Of a stretch of DNA of 64,000 bases, positions 38,389 through 64,000 are shown in pieces. Below the pieces are notes generated by a model. The model was not told where the DNA came from. It was given only the letters and a program-made list of their open reading frames with translations, and made no database searches. The stretch is taken from assembly GCA_044892525.1 (NCBI GenBank), contig CM097885.1:237648001-237712000 (forward strand), written 5' to 3'. The stretch's first letter is position 1. Each line of letters opens with the position of its first letter. Source of the stretch: Schmidtea polychroa. Taxonomy: Eukaryota. The position numbers and the translations under genes were made by a program.

Positions 38389-41049
38389 TAATCAAACATA
38401 AATTTAGAGAAGTACCGTTGGACGATAAAAATTTAAAATTTTTGTATAAATTTGTCTTTACTACATATAAAAATAAACATCAAAAATTTTGACGAAATAA
38501 TTTAAGAAACTGTTTTGTAATTAATCAAATAGACACAAAATAAAGATTATATTTTAGCAAATGAAAAAATCTAGATGTTAATGTAAAAATTAAAGATCGT
38601 GCACGTTTGGGATGGTAGTCAGATAGCATAGACATGAATATAAAAACCGTGTAAGGTAGTTCTGGCGTCGTTAAGTTTTCGAATATAAGTTGGGCTAGTT
38701 GTTATGATCCTAAATGATGAAAAGGCAATTTATTCTGGAATATTTTAAAGTGCATTATACCTTTAGATAATAATTAGGTTTTCCAGGCATTTGATTTTTG
38801 TAATACTATATAATGATATGTGATTCGTTCAAAATTATTTTAGGGTCGTTACACTGTTAGCCTTTTAATATTAATTTTTATGATACCATATAAGGAAAAG
38901 GTAGGTTACTTCGAAGTGGATTTTAAATTTTCGAACCAAAATATAGTATTCTGAAAATTAAGTTTTATGATATAGTACAGTAGAAATATAATTTATTTGA
39001 AGAGCCTTTGAGTCATTAAATTCCCGACTAGGATTTTCTAAATAAAGAATTTTTTGGAGGCCATATAAGGAAAATATAAATTAAGTCTTAGTAGACCTAC
39101 AGTACTATGTTTCAAATTATTTTTTATGACATTATATATTGAGGATAGGATAGTTCAACATCACTTTTAAGGGTATTAAACTTACCAAAATTAAAAGTAT
39201 CGCCCTGGAATATCATAAGCTAGATAATTACACAGTATCTATGGGCCTATTGAACTTGACCTAGATTTTGGTTCTTGAACATTAAATTTTTGATTAAAAA
39301 TAATTACAAATAATATCGACTTGAGTATATTAATAATATTCGATATTAAGCATATTAAACATTTTAACAATTTCGTGAAATTAACCGACTATCAGAGTGT
39401 CTTTGTAGGATATTGAGTCTGTGATATTTCCCGTTTAGATTTTCCAAGTGTTGTGTTTCCTATAACATAGTTGAATGTTCGTTTTACGTATATGATTTAC
39501 CGAAAAGTCGAATTAATTAAAATTTACCTACTTTCCCGACTACACTGAGCACGGTACGATTATTTTATTATTTTATTGATTCTCAATGTAATTTATGTAA
39601 TTTATTTTGTATTATTCGGTGTATTTAAATTTTAGTTCAACTTTGTGCGGTTTTTATGCTACGTATTTTCGATCCATTAAAATAAACTCTCAATTCTCGG
39701 TTGCAGACCAACAAAAACCTACAAAGTAATCATGACAAGACCATCAACAAAAATTAATAACTCCCAATTGAAATAATATTTATAATACGAATGTGATCAA
39801 AATGTTAATAACATGTCTTATTTCTATTTATTGCTATGAATTTGAATTTGTACTAATTGTTAAACAAATTTCTATTATATTTATATTTTCTACCTAGTAC
39901 TATAATTATTGCTTTTCTAATTTATTTTTATGTTTTTCAATTTTGGTGTTTTATTTGATCCGTTTTTTATGGTCACTTGTTTTTTTCGTGTTAAGATTTT
40001 AAATCAAGCTCAGGCCATATATTACGTTGTACACGTTTTGATAAAATTTTCAGTTACTCTGGTTCAGTTTATTATTAACATAATTTATCGTTTGAAATAT
40101 GACTCAATTTATAATTGCCTTGTCATATTTGCGGCGCAGTACACCATTTACTTTATACATTTCACCCAATCAAATTATTCACTTTGACAATAATTTTTTA
40201 TTATATAGATATCATCAACAATATACAGTTGTTTTTTATATATGATTTGTTTTACAACATTGTCTCCATTTGCGCCTTTGCTTTGTGTGGTTCTCAAGGA
40301 ACTTTATAAAGTCCATTATTTGATTAATATAAGATTGTCAAATGTCCATATTGGTTATGAAAAGTGTTGAGGATACCTAAATGATAAATAATATAATAAA
40401 TAAAATTACCTGGGGAAGATCGTCATGACAAACGGGACAATCTATGGGAACTCAGAAAAGAAAGTGGAAGCAAAAAGAAATGAGGAAGGGGAAGGAAACA
40501 AAAGAAATCAAACATGAAAATAAACACCAAGGTCAGTACTAATTAATTAACCAGTTAAAATTACCAATTATTACACTCCTCAGTTGTGAGAGGTTTGACA
40601 AATCAAAGTTATACGAGTGTGCTTTTCCTCACCAGTGTTGTAATAAGCACGGTATAATAGTCAGCTGTTGAGTCAATTGTATCATTGTGAAAATATTTGT
40701 GATATTCAATAGTTTCCAGTGTAAATTGTTATTTGTGTGGCAGTCAAATACACGCTTGGAGTCAGAGTAACAGTTCTAATTCTATCACCAACTCAATAAC
40801 CAAACAAAAGCAATAGTATAAAAAAGTGTTCATTGTACATATGCCCGAATCTAGCCGTTTTCTGATTGTAGACAAGATGCAAATTGGCCACCGTAAAAAT
40901 AGAAAAATAATTTTTAAAGTTGGAGAAAATTAGAAAAACACAAAAATCTAAACTTAATATATTTTTTTATTTCATTAGGAAAAATTGTACATAAACAGAG
41001 TAAATAAAATATTCAATTTATACAAAAACAAAAACTAACGCAAACAAAT

Positions 41050-41180
41050 CATCATTTAAAGTGAATTTCCGAAACCAAATCCTCCACAACCTATTTATCA
41101 GCAATTTCTTTCTCAATAGAAATCTTAGCTAGACAAACACATTTTTGATCTTAAATATGACTTTATTATTTTCAGCTATC
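41050..41180 (-). pseudogene. hAT transposase dimerisation-domain remnant
   Basis: Manual translation LKIIKSYLRSKM / LAKISIEKEIA with frameshift and stop. Confidence 0.55.
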
Positions 41181-41971
41181 CTTTTTCAATGTCAAGTCGT
41201 CTCCCAAATTCTTCCAACTTTCAAATCCGTTGATATCTTGTTGAAACTGACAAAAATTAACAAAATGCCTCTATAGAAAAGTGTAGCTACCGATGTCGTA
41301 TATATCCTAACCGGAGATTATACAGGAAAATTATATCTTTTCATGGGCAATTTCAAGGTGTAATTAGTAAATAGAATCCTCGACTAACACAATTTTTTGT
41401 TGAATAAAACTCATAACAATTTTTAAATAATTTTACATAATGTCCGAGTTTTGTTTTAATTGGTTATTACGTCATCGTTTTTTTATATTTTATAAGAGAG
41501 TTTGATACCTATAAATATGATATTTAATTCCTATTTTATTGGAACTATTACGACATTGTCATTTAAAATAATTTTAGTGCACCATTTTTGAATTTTCTAT
41601 AATTTTAAACAAATTGAGATATTTTCACTCTGCAATATCGCACCACAATACCTTCACCTCTCATTCTATCAATAAAAAACTGTGAATCGATGATTCCAAT
41701 TGGATTGGAATGCACACATCTGTATACTTATATAAAAATTCGTTAACAATATTTTTTTGAAAAATTTATATTAAATACTATGTGATTGAGAGATTGTATT
41801 TCAAATGAATAATATCTGAAAATATATATATATAGTAAAAATAAACATTTTAACAGAAAATGAATAAAATACATAAATGATACATCAGTACCAATTCACT
41901 CAATGTTAAAAAACAAAACTGTTAATTTTTATAGTTCACTATTATTTGATCACACGTGAGCACGACATTAA

Positions 41972-63338
<21,367 letters not shown>

Positions 63339-64000
63339 CTGAGAAAGGTTATTAAAATCAAAATATGATGATTTAGGAAGTATTTTAAAGTATTTTATTG
63401 TAAATCATACAGTAAAATCATCAGTTATAATGGCAGATATGTAAATCAAATTCATAGTCATAGTCATGATATATTAATAGATGAAATAAATAAGTAAGTC
63501 ATAGATAAGAATAATTCATTGAAGCGTATGAAGTTAATGGAAATACAGATGGAAATGGGACTAACACGATTGAAAAATATAGGAACAAAATCTTATCTTT
63601 TTTCAATTTTTTCTTGATTTTTATTTTATGACTTTCAATCAATATTTTGTTTTATATTTGAATGGAATCAGATACAAATCAAAATATTTATTAATAATCT
63701 ATTAAAAAAAGAAATGAAGATACAGCCTTTAAGCCAAATACTTAACATCCCATTACACAAAACTCGATGTTTAATAAAACAAAGTAAATAAATTTTATGT
63801 AGTATATCATACATTTGTCATATTATTCATCATGAACTCGGTTCCGCTTATAACTAATGAAAATTTCAGGTGCACTCTATAGGAGCCATCCATATATTAC
63901 GTACACCAAAAAGTCATATTTTCATACTCCTTCCCTTGTCACATACCGCATATTTTTAACTTTCCTACCCCCTATATGTTTGAAAGGTTAATTTAATTCA

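Overview
AT-rich eukaryotic DNA with 41-47 bp introns, most consistent with a flatworm such as a planarian (inference). The left 28.6 kb is a giant minus-strand Ty3/Gypsy LTR retroelement whose 3' end runs off the window. It has a ~4.8 kb 5' LTR (23816-28608) and a tRNA-Pro PBS. One uninterrupted ~4700 aa polyprotein reads Gag (capsid, 3 CCHC), 3 ubiquitin-like domains plus MATH, Bcl-2-like domain, a signal-peptide/TM-bounded envelope glycoprotein resembling chuvirus/gB-type fusogens, PR, RT, RNase H, IN, ankyrin repeats and a second membrane protein. At least 8 accessory ORFs surround it: full TRAF, BIR-RING IAP, RING-only protein, coiled-coil proteins and LTR-encoded AT-hook and coiled-coil proteins. 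Nearly every accessory ATG lies 0-3 nt after a 3' splice-acceptor-like YAG, and an R/K/Q-I-x-M/L-M/L-R/Q motif recurs at polyprotein domain borders. Size and LTR length resemble the giant Burro elements reported from Schmidtea mediterranea (recalled, not verified here). The middle of the window holds related LTR pieces, tandem duplications and MITEs. From 41972 to 63338 lies a spliced host WDR47 gene (minus strand). Its introns carry a TIR/TSD-bounded hATm-type transposon interrupted by a solo LTR, two hAT MITEs, and a Penelope remnant with a degenerate hammerhead motif.
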